64,000 nt of DNA from an uncultured Oscillospiraceae bacterium (GCA_964447605.1 CAYUTA010000007.1:1284-65283), one strand, 5' to 3'; positions 17,072 to 27,768 are shown, numbered from the stretch's first letter. The notes: a model not told the origin generated them from the sequence alone. Numbers and translations are program-made.

Positions 17072-18039
17072 GACTCGGCAAACTGGATAATGACGAGCTG
17101 GAACGGCTGGTATTGAATAAATTTAAATGCACGCGGCCCGAATCGCTCTGCGCACCCGGCGTTGGACGGGATTGTGCGACGCTCGATCTGATGGGCGATC
17201 TGGCCGTGCTCAGCTGCGATCCCATCACGTCGGCGGGAATCGCGCACCTTGGCCGTCTGAGCGTGCATGTCTGCTGCAACGACGCGGCGGCCGCGGGCGC
17301 GGAGCCCGTGGGGTTGCTTGTCACGCTGCTGGCCCCGTCCAGCGCAACCGACGGCGACATTGGCCGCGTTGCCGACGATCTTGCGGCGGCCGCGGAGCAG
17401 GCGGGCGTGGATATTCTCGGCGGGCACACGGAGGTGACGGATTCCGTAACGCGCTTTGTCACCTGCGCAAGCGTGATTGCCCGGATGCCGAAAAACGGCG
17501 CGCTGCGCGGGCTTCGGCCGGGCGACGACCTGGTCATGACCAAATGGGCCGGGCTCGAGGGCACGTCCATTCTGGCGGGTGATTACGCCATGCGCTTAAC
17601 CGCCCTGACGCGCGCTGAGCTTGACGAGGCGTTGGCGCTGGCGCGCTATCTGAGCGTTGTGCCGGAAAGCCGCGTGGCCATGCAAAACGGCGCGACCGCC
17701 ATGCACGACGTAACCGAAGGCGGCATCCTTGGCGCGGCATGGGAAATGTCCTATACCGGCGGCTGCGGCATCCGGCTCGTGCCCGAGCGTATTCCTGTAC
17801 TGCCTGTCACAGACAAAATCTGCGCCGCGTTGTCCCTCGATCCGCTGCGGCTCATCGGCAGCGGCAGCATGCTCATCGCCTGCGCAGACGGCGGGGCGCT
17901 TGTATCCGCGCTCGCCGCGGCCGGCATTCCCGCAACATGCATCGGCAAAGCGGAGGGGCGCGGGCTTACCGCGCAAAACGGCGCAGCGATCATGCCTCCG
18001 GGTGCGGATGAAATCTATCGGTTATCCCTTGTCGAATAA
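17068..18039 (+). CDS. AIR synthase (PurM/HypE/ThiL/SelD superfamily) related protein
   Basis: PGVGRDCA, SCDPIT, CNDAAAAGAEP, GGHTEVT and MHDVTEGG. Confidence 0.88.
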   Translation: MRLGKLDNDELERLVLNKFKCTRPESLCAPGVGRDCATLDLMGDLAVLSCDPITSAGIAHLGRLSVHVCCNDAAAAGAEPVGLLVTLLAPSSATDGDIGRVADDLAAAAEQAGVDILGGHTEVTDSVTRFVTCASVIARMPKNGALRGLRPGDDLVMTKWAGLEGTSILAGDYAMRLTALTRAELDEALALARYLSVVPESRVAMQNGATAMHDVTEGGILGAAWEMSYTGGCGIRLVPERIPVLPVTDKICAALSLDPLRLIGSGSMLIACADGGALVSALAAAGIPATCIGKAEGRGLTAQNGAAIMPPGADEIYRLSLVE

Positions 18040-18197
18040 CCGATTGCGTGTTATAATAGTTTGATTGTGCCCTCATTTGGCAGCAGGGCGTTTGTCAGGG
18101 TTCCCGCGTTGTGCGTTGCCGCCCCCTTCGGCATGACGGGGGACGGCGCGCCGGGCAGCGGATGTTATAGAACTTTGCAATCGGGGGAAAACGGATT

Positions 18198-19073
18198 ATG
18201 TACAGCATGACCGGCTATGGAAAGGGCGCCGCCCAGTGCGACGGACGCGAGCTCACGGTAGAACTCAAAAGCGTCAATCACCGCTATCTGGATATCGGCA
18301 TGCGCCTCCCCCGCCACCTTGCCTTTTTGGAGGACGTCATTCGCAGGTCGCTTGGCGAAGGGCTTTCGCGCGGCCATGTGGACGTATTTGTTAACTATCG
18401 CAACGACCGCAGCGACGCGCGAACCGTATTTGTCGACGTACCGTTGCTTTGCGCGTATGTCACCGCTTCGCGCGCGGCCAACGGGCAGCTTGGATTACAT
18501 GACGATCTTGGCCTGAGCGCCGCGTTGCGTCTGCCCGATGTGACCGAGGTGCGGGAGACCGGCGAGGATCCTGACGAGGTCACCGCGCTCGCAGCGGCTG
18601 CGTTGAACCAAGCCGTCCGTGCGCTCAGGGAAATGCGGCTGATCGAGGGGGGGCGGCTGAAAGCGGACCTTTCCATGCGCGCCGACACGGTGCTGCGGCT
18701 CGCCGGGGACATCGCCCTGCGCGCGCCGCTGGTCGTAGAGGAATACCGCGCCAGGCTCAACGAGCGCATTGCGGTTCTGCTTGGTAAGGCCGAGGTCGAC
18801 GAGGCGCGCCTGGCCACGGAGGTTGCGCTGTTTGCCGACCGGGCGAGCATTGACGAGGAGATTGTGCGCCTTGGCAGCCACGTGGCGCAGATGAAGCTGT
18901 TGCTCGACAGCGTTGAACCCGCCGGCCGCAAGCTGGATTTTGTCGTGCAGGAGATGAACCGGGAGTTCAACACCATCGGCAGCAAGGCAAACGATGCCGC
19001 GCTGACCAATCTGGTGCTGGCGGGCAAGGCGGAGATTGAGAAAATCCGCGAGCAGGTGCAAAATATCGAATGA
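18198..19073 (+). CDS. yicC: YicC/YloC family endoribonuclease
   Basis: MYSMTGYG, KSVNHRYLD, GRKLDFVVQEMNREFNTIGSK and EKIREQVQNIE. Confidence 0.95.
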   Translation: MYSMTGYGKGAAQCDGRELTVELKSVNHRYLDIGMRLPRHLAFLEDVIRRSLGEGLSRGHVDVFVNYRNDRSDARTVFVDVPLLCAYVTASRAANGQLGLHDDLGLSAALRLPDVTEVRETGEDPDEVTALAAAALNQAVRALREMRLIEGGRLKADLSMRADTVLRLAGDIALRAPLVVEEYRARLNERIAVLLGKAEVDEARLATEVALFADRASIDEEIVRLGSHVAQMKLLLDSVEPAGRKLDFVVQEMNREFNTIGSKANDAALTNLVLAGKAEIEKIREQVQNIE

Positions 19074-19103
19074 CGCGCCGTATGCGTCCCGGGAGGATGG
19101 AAT

Positions 19104-19364
19104 ATGAATTTTCGGCTGGTCAACATCGGTTTTGGCAATATCGTTTCGGCAAACCGCGTGATTGCCATCGTCAGCCCGGAATCCGCGCCCATCAAACGCA
19201 TTGTGCAGGAGGCGCGCGAATCCGGCCGGTTGATCGACGCAACCTGCGGCAGGCGGACGCGTGCGGTGGTCATCACCGACAGCGACCATGTGATTCTTTC
19301 GGCCATCCAGCCGGAGACCGTTGCAAACCGGCTCGACGCCAAGCTTGACGAGGACATCGAATAA
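19104..19364 (+). CDS. remA: RemA (DUF370) family regulator
   Basis: [28 protein letters not shown]...[12 protein letters not shown]; conserved position before gmk. Confidence 0.93.
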   Translation: MNFRLVNIGFGNIVSANRVIAIVSPESAPIKRIVQEARESGRLIDATCGRRTRAVVITDSDHVILSAIQPETVANRLDAKLDEDIE

Positions 19365-19384
19365 TCATCGGGGGGATAAAGTGT

Positions 19385-20014
19385 ATGAATCAGACGCGCA
19401 GAGGACTTTTGCTGGTGGTATCGGGTCCGGCGGGCGTTGGCAAGGGTACGGTGGACAATTCGCTGTTGATGCGCAACAGCAGTATCCGCATGTCCGTCTC
19501 AGCCACAACGCGCAAGCCGCGCCCCGGCGAGATCGACGGCATCCATTATTTTTTCAAATCGGAAGAGGAGTTCCGGCGCATGATCGACGAGGGTGCCTTT
19601 CTGGAATATATGCATGTGTTCGGCACCGATTATTACGGCACGCCAAGAAGTTTTGTTGAGGAGGAGCTTGCCGCCGGACGCAATGTTATATTGGAAATTG
19701 ACGTGCAGGGCGGCATGAAAGTCAAGGCCGCCTATCCCGATGCGGTGCTTATTTTTATTGCGCCGCCGTCGATGTCGGAGCTCAAGACCCGGCTCATCGG
19801 CCGCGGAACCGAAACGCCGGAGAATATTGATAAGCGCTTTGTCACCGCGTTTGCCGAGGTGGAATGCGCGAAGAATTATGACTATGTCGTCATCAACGAC
19901 GTGTTGGACGTTGCTGTCGGCCGCGTGGAAAGCATTATTTCCGCCGAGCGTTGCCGATGCAGCCGGAACAAGACGTTTTTAACGGGACTGAAAGGAGCCA
20001 ATATTTCACTATGA
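19385..20014 (+). CDS. gmk: Guanylate kinase
   Basis: SGPAGVGKGT, SATTRKPRPGE, YYGTP and LEIDVQG. Confidence 0.96.
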   Translation: MNQTRRGLLLVVSGPAGVGKGTVDNSLLMRNSSIRMSVSATTRKPRPGEIDGIHYFFKSEEEFRRMIDEGAFLEYMHVFGTDYYGTPRSFVEEELAAGRNVILEIDVQGGMKVKAAYPDAVLIFIAPPSMSELKTRLIGRGTETPENIDKRFVTAFAEVECAKNYDYVVINDVLDVAVGRVESIISAERCRCSRNKTFLTGLKGANISL

Positions 20015-20211
20015 TGAACCTGCCTTTGAATGAGCTGGTTGAAAAAGCCGGCTGCCGCTATATGCTGGTGACCGCCGTTGCGCAGCGCGCACGTCAACTG
20101 CAAGCCGACCCCGAACGTCTGGGCGACCGAAAACCCGTCTCCGTTGCCGTGGACGAGCTGTATCACGACGATCTCACGCTCGAACCGCCAAAGGAGTACT
20201 ATCAGGACTGA
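20011..20211 (+). CDS. rpoZ: RNA polymerase omega subunit
   Basis: RYMLVTAVAQRARQL...KPVSVAVDEL; follows gmk. Confidence 0.92.
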   Translation: MMNLPLNELVEKAGCRYMLVTAVAQRARQLQADPERLGDRKPVSVAVDELYHDDLTLEPPKEYYQD

Positions 20212-20299
20212 CCCATCCTGCGGCCAGCACTTTGCAGAATCGACGCACCAGCCCGCTTGCGGGCTTGCGTCAGTTTTGGGAGGAGGTGACGTCAGCCCC

Positions 20300-22558
20300 A
20301 TGTACTGCGAGGTTCTTGTTGATATTGCACACGCCAATGTGGACAGGCTGTTCACCTACCGCGTGCCGGAGGAGCTCTCCGTTGCGCCGGGACAGCGCGT
20401 TGCCGTGCCGTTTGGCAATGGGAACGCGTATAAGGAGGGCTTTGTCATTGCGCTCAAACCGGATTATTCCGGTACGCACGCCGTCAAAAATGTTATCCGC
20501 GCGCTTGAGCCATATACCGTACTGTTGCCCGAACAGCTTGCCCTGGCGCAATGGATGCGCAGCGGCTACAACTGTTTGCTCGTCGACGCGCTGCGGCTGA
20601 TGATCCCCGCGCAATTACGCGGCGAGCGCGTGCATGAAAAAACCGAGCGCACCGTGCGGCTTCCCGCCGGCGCGGACGCCCGGGCCCTGCTTGATTCGCT
20701 GCGCGCCAAGGACGGCAAAGTCCGCGCGCCGAAACAATACGAGGTTTTGGAACTGCTTGCGTCGTCCGGCGCAGAGACGCGCGTATCCGATATCCGCGCG
20801 TTCATTCCAAATAGCGGCGCAGCGATATCCGCGCTCGTCCGGCGCGGATATCTCGCGGAGGACGCGCATGTGACGTTCCGCCGTCCGGCCGCGGGTATGG
20901 AGCGGCATCCCCCTGCGCAGGCGGCGCTCTCCGACGCGCAGCGCGCGGCGGTAAACGCCGTAGACGACGCCATGGCCGGCGCGCAGGGAACTTTTTTGCT
21001 GCATGGGGTCACGGGCAGCGGCAAGACCGAGGTATATATGCACTGCATTGCGCGCTGCCTGCTTTCAGGCAGGCAGGCCATCATGCTTGTGCCGGAGATC
21101 GCGCTTACGCCGCAGACGGTCGGCCTGTTCCGTTCCCGCTTTGGCGACAGGGTCGCCGTGCTGCACAGCCGTTTGTCCGCAGGCGAGCGGTTCGACGAGT
21201 GGCGGCGAATCCGGCTGGGCAAGGCCGTCGTGGTCGTAGGCGCGCGCAGCGCCGTCATGGCGCCGTTGACAAACCCCGGCCTGATCGTCATCGACGAGGA
21301 GCACGAGTCCAGCTACCAAAGCGAAACCTCGCCGCGCTACCATGCCGTGGACGTGGCCGCATACCGGGCAAAGCTCGCCCGCGCAACGCTGCTGCTGGGC
21401 AGCGCAACGCCATCGCTGCTGTCCTATTTCCGCGCGCAATCCGGCCGGTATACCCTGCTGGAATTGCCCGAACGCGTGCTGCGGCGGCCAATGCCCGAGG
21501 TGGAGATTGTGGACATGCGCGAGGAATTTCTCGCCGGCAACAACAGCATTTTCAGCGCAAGCCTCGCGCGGCAGCTTAAAGAATGCCTGCAAACAGGCAA
21601 GCAGGCCATGCTGTTCATCAACCGCCGCGGCTACTCCACATTCGTTTCATGCCGCGCATGCGGGCATGTGGTGCAGTGCTCCAACTGCGACATCTCCATG
21701 ACCTATCATAAGGGGGAAAACCGCATGCGCTGCCATTTTTGCGGCGCGAGCCGGCCGCTGCCGCAAACCTGCCCCGTGTGTGGCAAGCCGTTTATCAAGT
21801 ATTTCGGCGTCGGCACCGAGCAGGTCGAGGAACAGCTTCGCGCACGCTTCCCCAAGGTTACGTCCCTGCGCATGGATACCGATACCATGCGGCGGAAGGA
21901 CGCGATGCAACGGTTGCTGCAGGCTTTTTCGCGCAATGAGGCGCAGGTGCTCATCGGCACGCAGATGATCGCAAAAGGACACGATTTTCCCAATGTAACG
22001 CTGGTGGGCGTGATTGCGGCCGACGCAACGCTTTGCATTCCGGATTACCGCAGCACGGAGCGGACGTTCCAGCTGTTAACGCAGGTATCGGGCCGCGCCG
22101 GGCGCGATGAGAGCGCGGGCAGGGTAATCATTCAAACCTATTCCCCCACCCATCCCGCCATCCGATATGCACGCAACCACGATTACAAAAACTTTTTCGC
22201 CTATGAGCTGAATGAGCGCAGGAAAGCCCTGTTCCCACCGTATTCGCTGTTTGTGCGCGTTCTGTTTACAGGCATTGACGAAGAGGCGCTCGCCGCGGCG
22301 GGAACCATCTATGCCAACAGGCTGCAGCAGCGTCTGCACGCGTTGCTGGGAACCGGAGGCGCGCATGATCTCCTGCTGTTTTGCGCCTCTCCCGCCCCCA
22401 TCCGCCGCAAGCGCGGCAGCTACCGTTATCAGGTGCTGATCAAGCTGATGCGCACCGCACGCACCGCGGAGGCCATCCGGCTGATTTACGCGTTTGCAGC
22501 CGAGCAGCGCAACGAACTGCCCGCAATGGTTGAGGTTAATCCGCAGGATATGCTGTAA
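20300..22558 (+). CDS. priA: Primosomal protein N'
   Basis: GVTGSGKTEVY, IDEEH, LGSATP, eight-Cys zinc region and GTQMIAKG. Confidence 0.96.
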   Translation: MYCEVLVDIAHANVDRLFTYRVPEELSVAPGQRVAVPFGNGNAYKEGFVIALKPDYSGTHAVKNVIRALEPYTVLLPEQLALAQWMRSGYNCLLVDALRLMIPAQLRGERVHEKTERTVRLPAGADARALLDSLRAKDGKVRAPKQYEVLELLASSGAETRVSDIRAFIPNSGAAISALVRRGYLAEDAHVTFRRPAAGMERHPPAQAALSDAQRAAVNAVDDAMAGAQGTFLLHGVTGSGKTEVYMHCIARCLLSGRQAIMLVPEIALTPQTVGLFRSRFGDRVAVLHSRLSAGERFDEWRRIRLGKAVVVVGARSAVMAPLTNPGLIVIDEEHESSYQSETSPRYHAVDVAAYRAKLARATLLLGSATPSLLSYFRAQSGRYTLLELPERVLRRPMPEVEIVDMREEFLAGNNSIFSASLARQLKECLQTGKQAMLFINRRGYSTFVSCRACGHVVQCSNCDISMTYHKGENRMRCHFCGASRPLPQTCPVCGKPFIKYFGVGTEQVEEQLRARFPKVTSLRMDTDTMRRKDAMQRLLQAFSRNEAQVLIGTQMIAKGHDFPNVTLVGVIAADATLCIPDYRSTERTFQLLTQVSGRAGRDESAGRVIIQTYSPTHPAIRYARNHDYKNFFAYELNERRKALFPPYSLFVRVLFTGIDEEALAAAGTIYANRLQQRLHALLGTGGAHDLLLFCASPAPIRRKRGSYRYQVLIKLMRTARTAEAIRLIYAFAAEQRNELPAMVEVNPQDML

Positions 22559-22568
22559 AGGAACGATC

Positions 22569-24419
22569 ATGGAACAACAATCATCCAAACAAAAAACCAA
22601 CTGGAAGCTCATCGGCATGCTTGCGCGCGAAAACCGCGCGCGCCTGATCTTTGGCACGCTTTGCACGCTGCTGGCCGCCGGGTTTGCGTTTGCCATTCCG
22701 TTTGTAACGAGCTTTACGCTCGATTATGTCATCCAGGGCCTGCCCGGGGAAATTCCGGAAGCGCTGCGCGCGTGGCTCAACGTCCGGGGCGGGCGGGATT
22801 TCCTTGTAGAGCGCCTGTACCTGTGCGGCCTGGCGCTGCTTATGCTGACGCTGTGCAACGGACTGTTCACGTTTCTGCGCCGCCGCGAGATCGCCTATAC
22901 CTCCGAGGGCGTAAGCAAATCCCTGCGCGACCGGCTCTACCGGCACCTTGAGGACGTGCCTTACGACTATCACAAGCATACGAGCACCGGCGATCTGGTG
23001 CAGCGCTGCACCTCCGACGTGGATACTGTCCGCCGCTTTATCAGCATGCAGCTAATGGAGATTGTGCGCACCGTCTCCATGCTCACAATCGCCGCGGGCG
23101 TGATGTTTTCCATCCATCCGCGCATGGCGCTGTGCTCCACGGCGATCATGCCGTTTTTAACGCTCAGTTCGTTTATCTATTTTAACGCCGTGCGCAGGCA
23201 CTTCACCGCGTCCGACGAGTCGGAAGGACGGTTGTCCGCAATGCTGCAGGAGAACCTGACCGGCATGCGCGTGGTGCGCGCTTTTGGCCGCCAGCGCGAC
23301 GAGATTGCGCGCTTTACCGCCTGCAATGCCGAATACCGGGACAAAACCTTCCTGCTCAACCGCCTGCTCGGCTTCTACTGGGGTTTTTCCGACAGCGCCG
23401 GATATCTGCAGATTGCCATATCGCTCGTGGCGGGCGTGCTGTTTGTATGCCGCGGCGCGTTCACGCTCGGCAATGCCGCGCTGTTTGCCACCTATACCGC
23501 CATGCTGACATGGCCCGTGCGTCAGCTTGGGCGCATTTTAGCCGATATGGGAAAGGCCTCCGTCTCGCTCAAGCGGCTTGACGAAATCCTTTCCTCCCCC
23601 GTTGAAACCGAGCCCGGCAGGGCGCTCACACCCGATTTAAACGGTGACGTGGTCTTCGACCATGTCTGCTTTGGCTACGACCGCTACGACGATGTCCTGC
23701 GCGATATCACCTTCACCGCGCGCCCCGGCCAGACCATCGGCATCCTTGGGGCCACTGGCTCCGGCAAAACCAGCCTGGTGCAGCTACTACAGCGGTTGTA
23801 TACGGTCACCGCGGGCAGCATCACCATCAACGGCGTCAATATCAACGACATCGAGCACGGGCATCTGCGCAAAAACATCGGCATCGTTCTGCAGGAGCCG
23901 TTCCTGTATGCGCGCACAATTATGGAAAACATCCGCATCGTCGATCCCTCGGCCGGCGAGCAGCGCGTCTATGAGGCCGCCCGGGCCGCCTCCGTTCATG
24001 ATGTAATCCGCTCGTTCGACGCGGGCTATGATACGGTCGTGGGCGAGCGGGGCGTCACGCTCTCCGGCGGACAGCAACAGCGCGTGGCCATTGCGCGCAC
24101 ATTGATGCAGAACGCGCGCATCCTTGTATTTGATGATTCCATGAGCGCCGTAGACGCGGAAACCGACGCTGCCATCCGCCGCTCGCTTTCCGCACTGCAC
24201 CACGACGGCATCATGTTTTTAATCTCGCATCGCATTGCGACCCTGCGCCGTGCGGACCTCATACTCGTGCTCGAAGGCGGCGGGATTGTACAGCGCGGAA
24301 CGCACGATGTGCTGATGCGCGCGGAGGGGCTCTACCGCCGCATCGCCGCAATCCAGGATGTTTTGGATGAAGATACAAATGCGCGGGATGCGCTTGTGAA
24401 AGGAGGCCGACGCGCATGA
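22569..24419 (+). CDS. ABC exporter, fused permease/ATPase (subunit 1 of a heterodimer)
   Basis: TM domain plus GATGSGKT, LSGGQQQR and a degenerate Walker B ILVFDD. Confidence 0.92.
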   Translation: MEQQSSKQKTNWKLIGMLARENRARLIFGTLCTLLAAGFAFAIPFVTSFTLDYVIQGLPGEIPEALRAWLNVRGGRDFLVERLYLCGLALLMLTLCNGLFTFLRRREIAYTSEGVSKSLRDRLYRHLEDVPYDYHKHTSTGDLVQRCTSDVDTVRRFISMQLMEIVRTVSMLTIAAGVMFSIHPRMALCSTAIMPFLTLSSFIYFNAVRRHFTASDESEGRLSAMLQENLTGMRVVRAFGRQRDEIARFTACNAEYRDKTFLLNRLLGFYWGFSDSAGYLQIAISLVAGVLFVCRGAFTLGNAALFATYTAMLTWPVRQLGRILADMGKASVSLKRLDEILSSPVETEPGRALTPDLNGDVVFDHVCFGYDRYDDVLRDITFTARPGQTIGILGATGSGKTSLVQLLQRLYTVTAGSITINGVNINDIEHGHLRKNIGIVLQEPFLYARTIMENIRIVDPSAGEQRVYEAARAASVHDVIRSFDAGYDTVVGERGVTLSGGQQQRVAIARTLMQNARILVFDDSMSAVDAETDAAIRRSLSALHHDGIMFLISHRIATLRRADLILVLEGGGIVQRGTHDVLMRAEGLYRRIAAIQDVLDEDTNARDALVKGGRRA

Positions 24420-26266
24420 TTCCGCAGGAGGAACAGGATTTTTCCGCAAAAAAGGTTGACGGCAGGCTGTGGAAGCGGCTGTATCATTATGCGCTGCGCA
24501 ACCATGCGCTCGTGGCCGTCGTCCTTGCAACGCTGGTGCTCGTGGCTCTGGTCGACGTGCTGTATCCGCTGTTTACAAGCTACGCCATCGACCGCTTTAT
24601 CGTGCCGAAAACTACGGACGGGCTCGCCGCCTTTGCCATCGTCTATGCGTTGACCATCCTGCTGCAGGGGCTTGGCGTGATCACGTTCATTACGGTTTGC
24701 GGCAAGCTTGAAATGCGCATGTCCTACGACATCCGGCAGGACACGTTTTTACGGCTGCAAAACCTCTCGTTCTCCTTTTACGACCGCACGCCCGTGGGGT
24801 ATATCATGGCGCGCATGGTCTCCGACGTGGCGCGGCTTTCGGAGCTGGTTGCCTGGAGCCTGGTCGACGTGCTCTGGTCGCTGTTCTACATTCTCGGCAG
24901 CATGGTCTCGATGTTTCTGCTTTCCTGGAAGCTGGCGCTCATCGTACTGGCCGTGCTGCCGCCGCTGGCGCTTGTGAGCGTCTTTTTGCAAAAGCGCATG
25001 CTCCGGTATCAGCGGCAGGCGCGTAAGCAAAACTCCAGAATCACCAGCGCGTTCAACGAGGGCATCATGGGCGCGGTTACGACCAAGACGCTTGTGCGCG
25101 AACAGCAGAACGCCGATGAGTTTAACGGGCTAACCGTGCAGATGCGGCGCGTCTCGATCAGGAGCGCGCTGGTCAACGCGGCGTTTTTCCCCATCATTAT
25201 CTCACTTGGCGCGGTCGGCACCGGGCTTGCGCTCACGCTCGGCGGCGCAGGCGTAATCGAGGGGGGAAGGGCGCTCATCGGCGCCATCAGCGCCGGCACG
25301 ATGGTGGCGTTTATCTCCTATTCCACGCAGCTGTTCGACCCGATTCAGCAGCTTGCCGCAATCCTTGCCGAACTGCTCGGCGCGCAGGCTTCCGCCGAGC
25401 GCGTGCTGACGCTCATCGATACCGAACCGGATGTAACGGACGCCCCGGAGGTCATTGCAAAATATGGCGATATTCTGCACCCAAAAACGGAAAACTGGGA
25501 ACCGATCACGGGCAATATCGATTTTGAGCGTGTCTCCTTTTCCTATCAGCGGGGCGAAACGGTGCTTGACGACTTTACCCTCCGTGTAAACGCCGGCGAG
25601 ACCATTGCGCTCGTGGGTGAGACCGGCGCGGGCAAAAGCACCATCGTCAACCTGATCTGCCGCTTCTATGAGCCGACGCAGGGCCGGATCCTCATCGACG
25701 GCGTGGATTACCGCGCGCGCTCCCAGCTCTGGCTGCAAAACAACCTCGGCTATGTGTTGCAAACGCCGCATCTGTTTTCCGGTACAATCCGGGACAACAT
25801 TGGCTTCGGCAGGCCGGATGCGACCATCGAGCAGGTGCGCGAGGCGGCACGGATGGTGCATGCCGACGCGTTTATCGAACGGCAGCCGCTTGGCTACGAC
25901 ACGCAGGTCGGCGAGGGCGGCGCGCTGCTTTCCACCGGCCAAAAGCAGTTGATCTCCTTTGCGCGCGTCGTGCTCAAGGATCCGCGCATCTTCGTGCTGG
26001 ACGAGGCGACCAGTTCCATCGATACGCAGACCGAGCAGCTGATTCAAAGCGCTATCACGCGCATGCTCAGCGGACGCACCAGCTTCATTGTGGCGCACCG
26101 GCTCTCCACCATCCGTAGCGCGGACCGTATTTTGTCCATTCGCGGCGGACGCGTGGTTGAATCCGGTTCGCACGTGGAGTTGATGGCGCGCGGCGGCTAC
26201 TATCACGACCTGTATACGCACCAGTTCCGCGAACAGCAGACGCTTTCTTCGCTATCCGGCAAGTAG
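24416..26266 (+). CDS. ABC exporter, fused permease/ATPase (subunit 2 of a heterodimer)
   Basis: TM domain plus GETGAGKS, LSTGQKQ, VLDEATS and AHRLST; ATGA-coupled to subunit 1. Confidence 0.92.
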   Translation: MIPQEEQDFSAKKVDGRLWKRLYHYALRNHALVAVVLATLVLVALVDVLYPLFTSYAIDRFIVPKTTDGLAAFAIVYALTILLQGLGVITFITVCGKLEMRMSYDIRQDTFLRLQNLSFSFYDRTPVGYIMARMVSDVARLSELVAWSLVDVLWSLFYILGSMVSMFLLSWKLALIVLAVLPPLALVSVFLQKRMLRYQRQARKQNSRITSAFNEGIMGAVTTKTLVREQQNADEFNGLTVQMRRVSIRSALVNAAFFPIIISLGAVGTGLALTLGGAGVIEGGRALIGAISAGTMVAFISYSTQLFDPIQQLAAILAELLGAQASAERVLTLIDTEPDVTDAPEVIAKYGDILHPKTENWEPITGNIDFERVSFSYQRGETVLDDFTLRVNAGETIALVGETGAGKSTIVNLICRFYEPTQGRILIDGVDYRARSQLWLQNNLGYVLQTPHLFSGTIRDNIGFGRPDATIEQVREAARMVHADAFIERQPLGYDTQVGEGGALLSTGQKQLISFARVVLKDPRIFVLDEATSSIDTQTEQLIQSAITRMLSGRTSFIVAHRLSTIRSADRILSIRGGRVVESGSHVELMARGGYYHDLYTHQFREQQTLSSLSGK

Positions 26267-26319
26267 CGCTTCGGCTGGCCGGGCCGGGCGATCGATATGA
26301 ATTTATGGGGGATGGAGCT

Positions 26320-27093
26320 ATGGAAATGGAATATTCCTGGATGACACTTTTCATCATTGCGCCGCTGGTCTTTCTGGGCGGTTTTGTCGACGCGGTCGCC
26401 GGAGGCGGCGGACTCATCGCGCTGCCGGCATACCTGATCGCGGGCTTTTCACCGTACCACGCCATCGCGACCAACAAGCTTTCGAGCAGCATCGGCACCG
26501 CGGTTTCGACGGGCCGGATGATCAAAAACAGATGCATCGACTGGCCGAGCGCGATTCCCTCGACCGTCCTGGCGGTGCTTGGCGCGGCTGCCGGCGCAAA
26601 GCTGATTCTGTCCATCGACGAGCGCATCATCCGGTATATGCTGCTCGTCATCCTTCCGCTTGCTGCAACTATTGTGCTGCGCAAGCGGGATCTTGGCGAT
26701 GAGGTAACCCAATCCGTTGACCGGCGCAGGCAGTTTGCCATCGTGCTGCCAGCTTCGTTGATCGTCGGTATGTACGACGGGTTCTACGGCCCGGGCGCGG
26801 GTACGTTTTTATTGCTGGCATATACGCAGCTTGCCAAAATGCCGCTGCGCATCGCCTCCGGCAATGTAAAGATCGCGAACCTTTCAAGCAACATCGGCAG
26901 TCTGGCGGTGTTTTTGCTCAACGGACAGGCGGTAATCCCCATCGGGCTGGTTGCCGCGGCGTTCGGTATTGCCGGGCATTATATCGGCGCGGGTATGCTG
27001 CTCAAAAGCGGCACGCGCATCGTCCGGCCCATCATCATTGTGGTACTGGCGCTGTTGTTTATCCGCGTAATTTGTGATCTGGCCGGCGTGTAG
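26320..27093 (+). CDS. TSUP (TauE/SafE) family transporter
   Basis: GFVDAVAGGGGLI, ATNKLSS and YDGFYGPGAGTF; exact start uncertain (26305, 26320 or 26326). Confidence 0.9.
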   Translation: MEMEYSWMTLFIIAPLVFLGGFVDAVAGGGGLIALPAYLIAGFSPYHAIATNKLSSSIGTAVSTGRMIKNRCIDWPSAIPSTVLAVLGAAAGAKLILSIDERIIRYMLLVILPLAATIVLRKRDLGDEVTQSVDRRRQFAIVLPASLIVGMYDGFYGPGAGTFLLLAYTQLAKMPLRIASGNVKIANLSSNIGSLAVFLLNGQAVIPIGLVAAAFGIAGHYIGAGMLLKSGTRIVRPIIIVVLALLFIRVICDLAGV

Positions 27094-27096
27094 GCG

Positions 27097-27768
27097 CTAC
27101 GCCCCGCGCAGCGTACAGGTCCCGACCGCCGCACGGATGCGGTCAGCCGCCTCGCTGAGCGTGCTTGGCGGATGCGGCGCGGGGTCGTGCGCATCGCGCA
27201 CGCGATACTGCTGCAAATAGAACCGCTCGCAGCCCTTGACCGGCAGCGTGGCGGCAACCGCGTCCTCGACCGTCAGCTGCGGCGCAAACGTGAGCCGGAA
27301 TTCATGCGGTATGCCGCTGTTGCGCAAAAGCGCGACGCTTTTCAGGATCGCATCGGTATCCAGCTTGGCGTTTGCAATCTGCGCATATTTTTCCAGCGGC
27401 GCCTTGATATCCATTGCAACATAATCCACCAGCCCCTCGTACAAAAGCTGCTTGAGCGCCTGCGGCTTAGAACCGTTGGTATCCAGCTTGATCCGGCAGG
27501 AAAGCGCGCGCGCCTGACGGATAAACGCCTCCAGATTTTGCTGCAGCGTCGGCTCTCCGCCCGTGATTACAACGGCTTTGAGCAAGCCGCGCCGCTTTTC
27601 AAGATAATCGAACACCTCCGCCTCCGCAATCAGCGGGGTATCCGCGCCCAGGATGTGCCGGTTATGGCAGTATACGCAGTTAAAATTGCAATATGGCGTA
27701 AACACCACGGCGGCGGGCTGTCCCGGAAAATCTACAAATGAAGTTTTTTGAAATCCGGCAATCAGCAT
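27097..27768 (-). CDS. nrdG: Anaerobic ribonucleotide reductase activating protein (radical SAM)
   Basis: CNFNCVYCHN, ITGGEPT and KLDTNGS; downstream of nrdD. Confidence 0.93.
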   Translation of the reverse strand: MLIAGFQKTSFVDFPGQPAAVVFTPYCNFNCVYCHNRHILGADTPLIAEAEVFDYLEKRRGLLKAVVITGGEPTLQQNLEAFIRQARALSCRIKLDTNGSKPQALKQLLYEGLVDYVAMDIKAPLEKYAQIANAKLDTDAILKSVALLRNSGIPHEFRLTFAPQLTVEDAVAATLPVKGCERFYLQQYRVRDAHDPAPHPPSTLSEAADRIRAAVGTCTLRGA

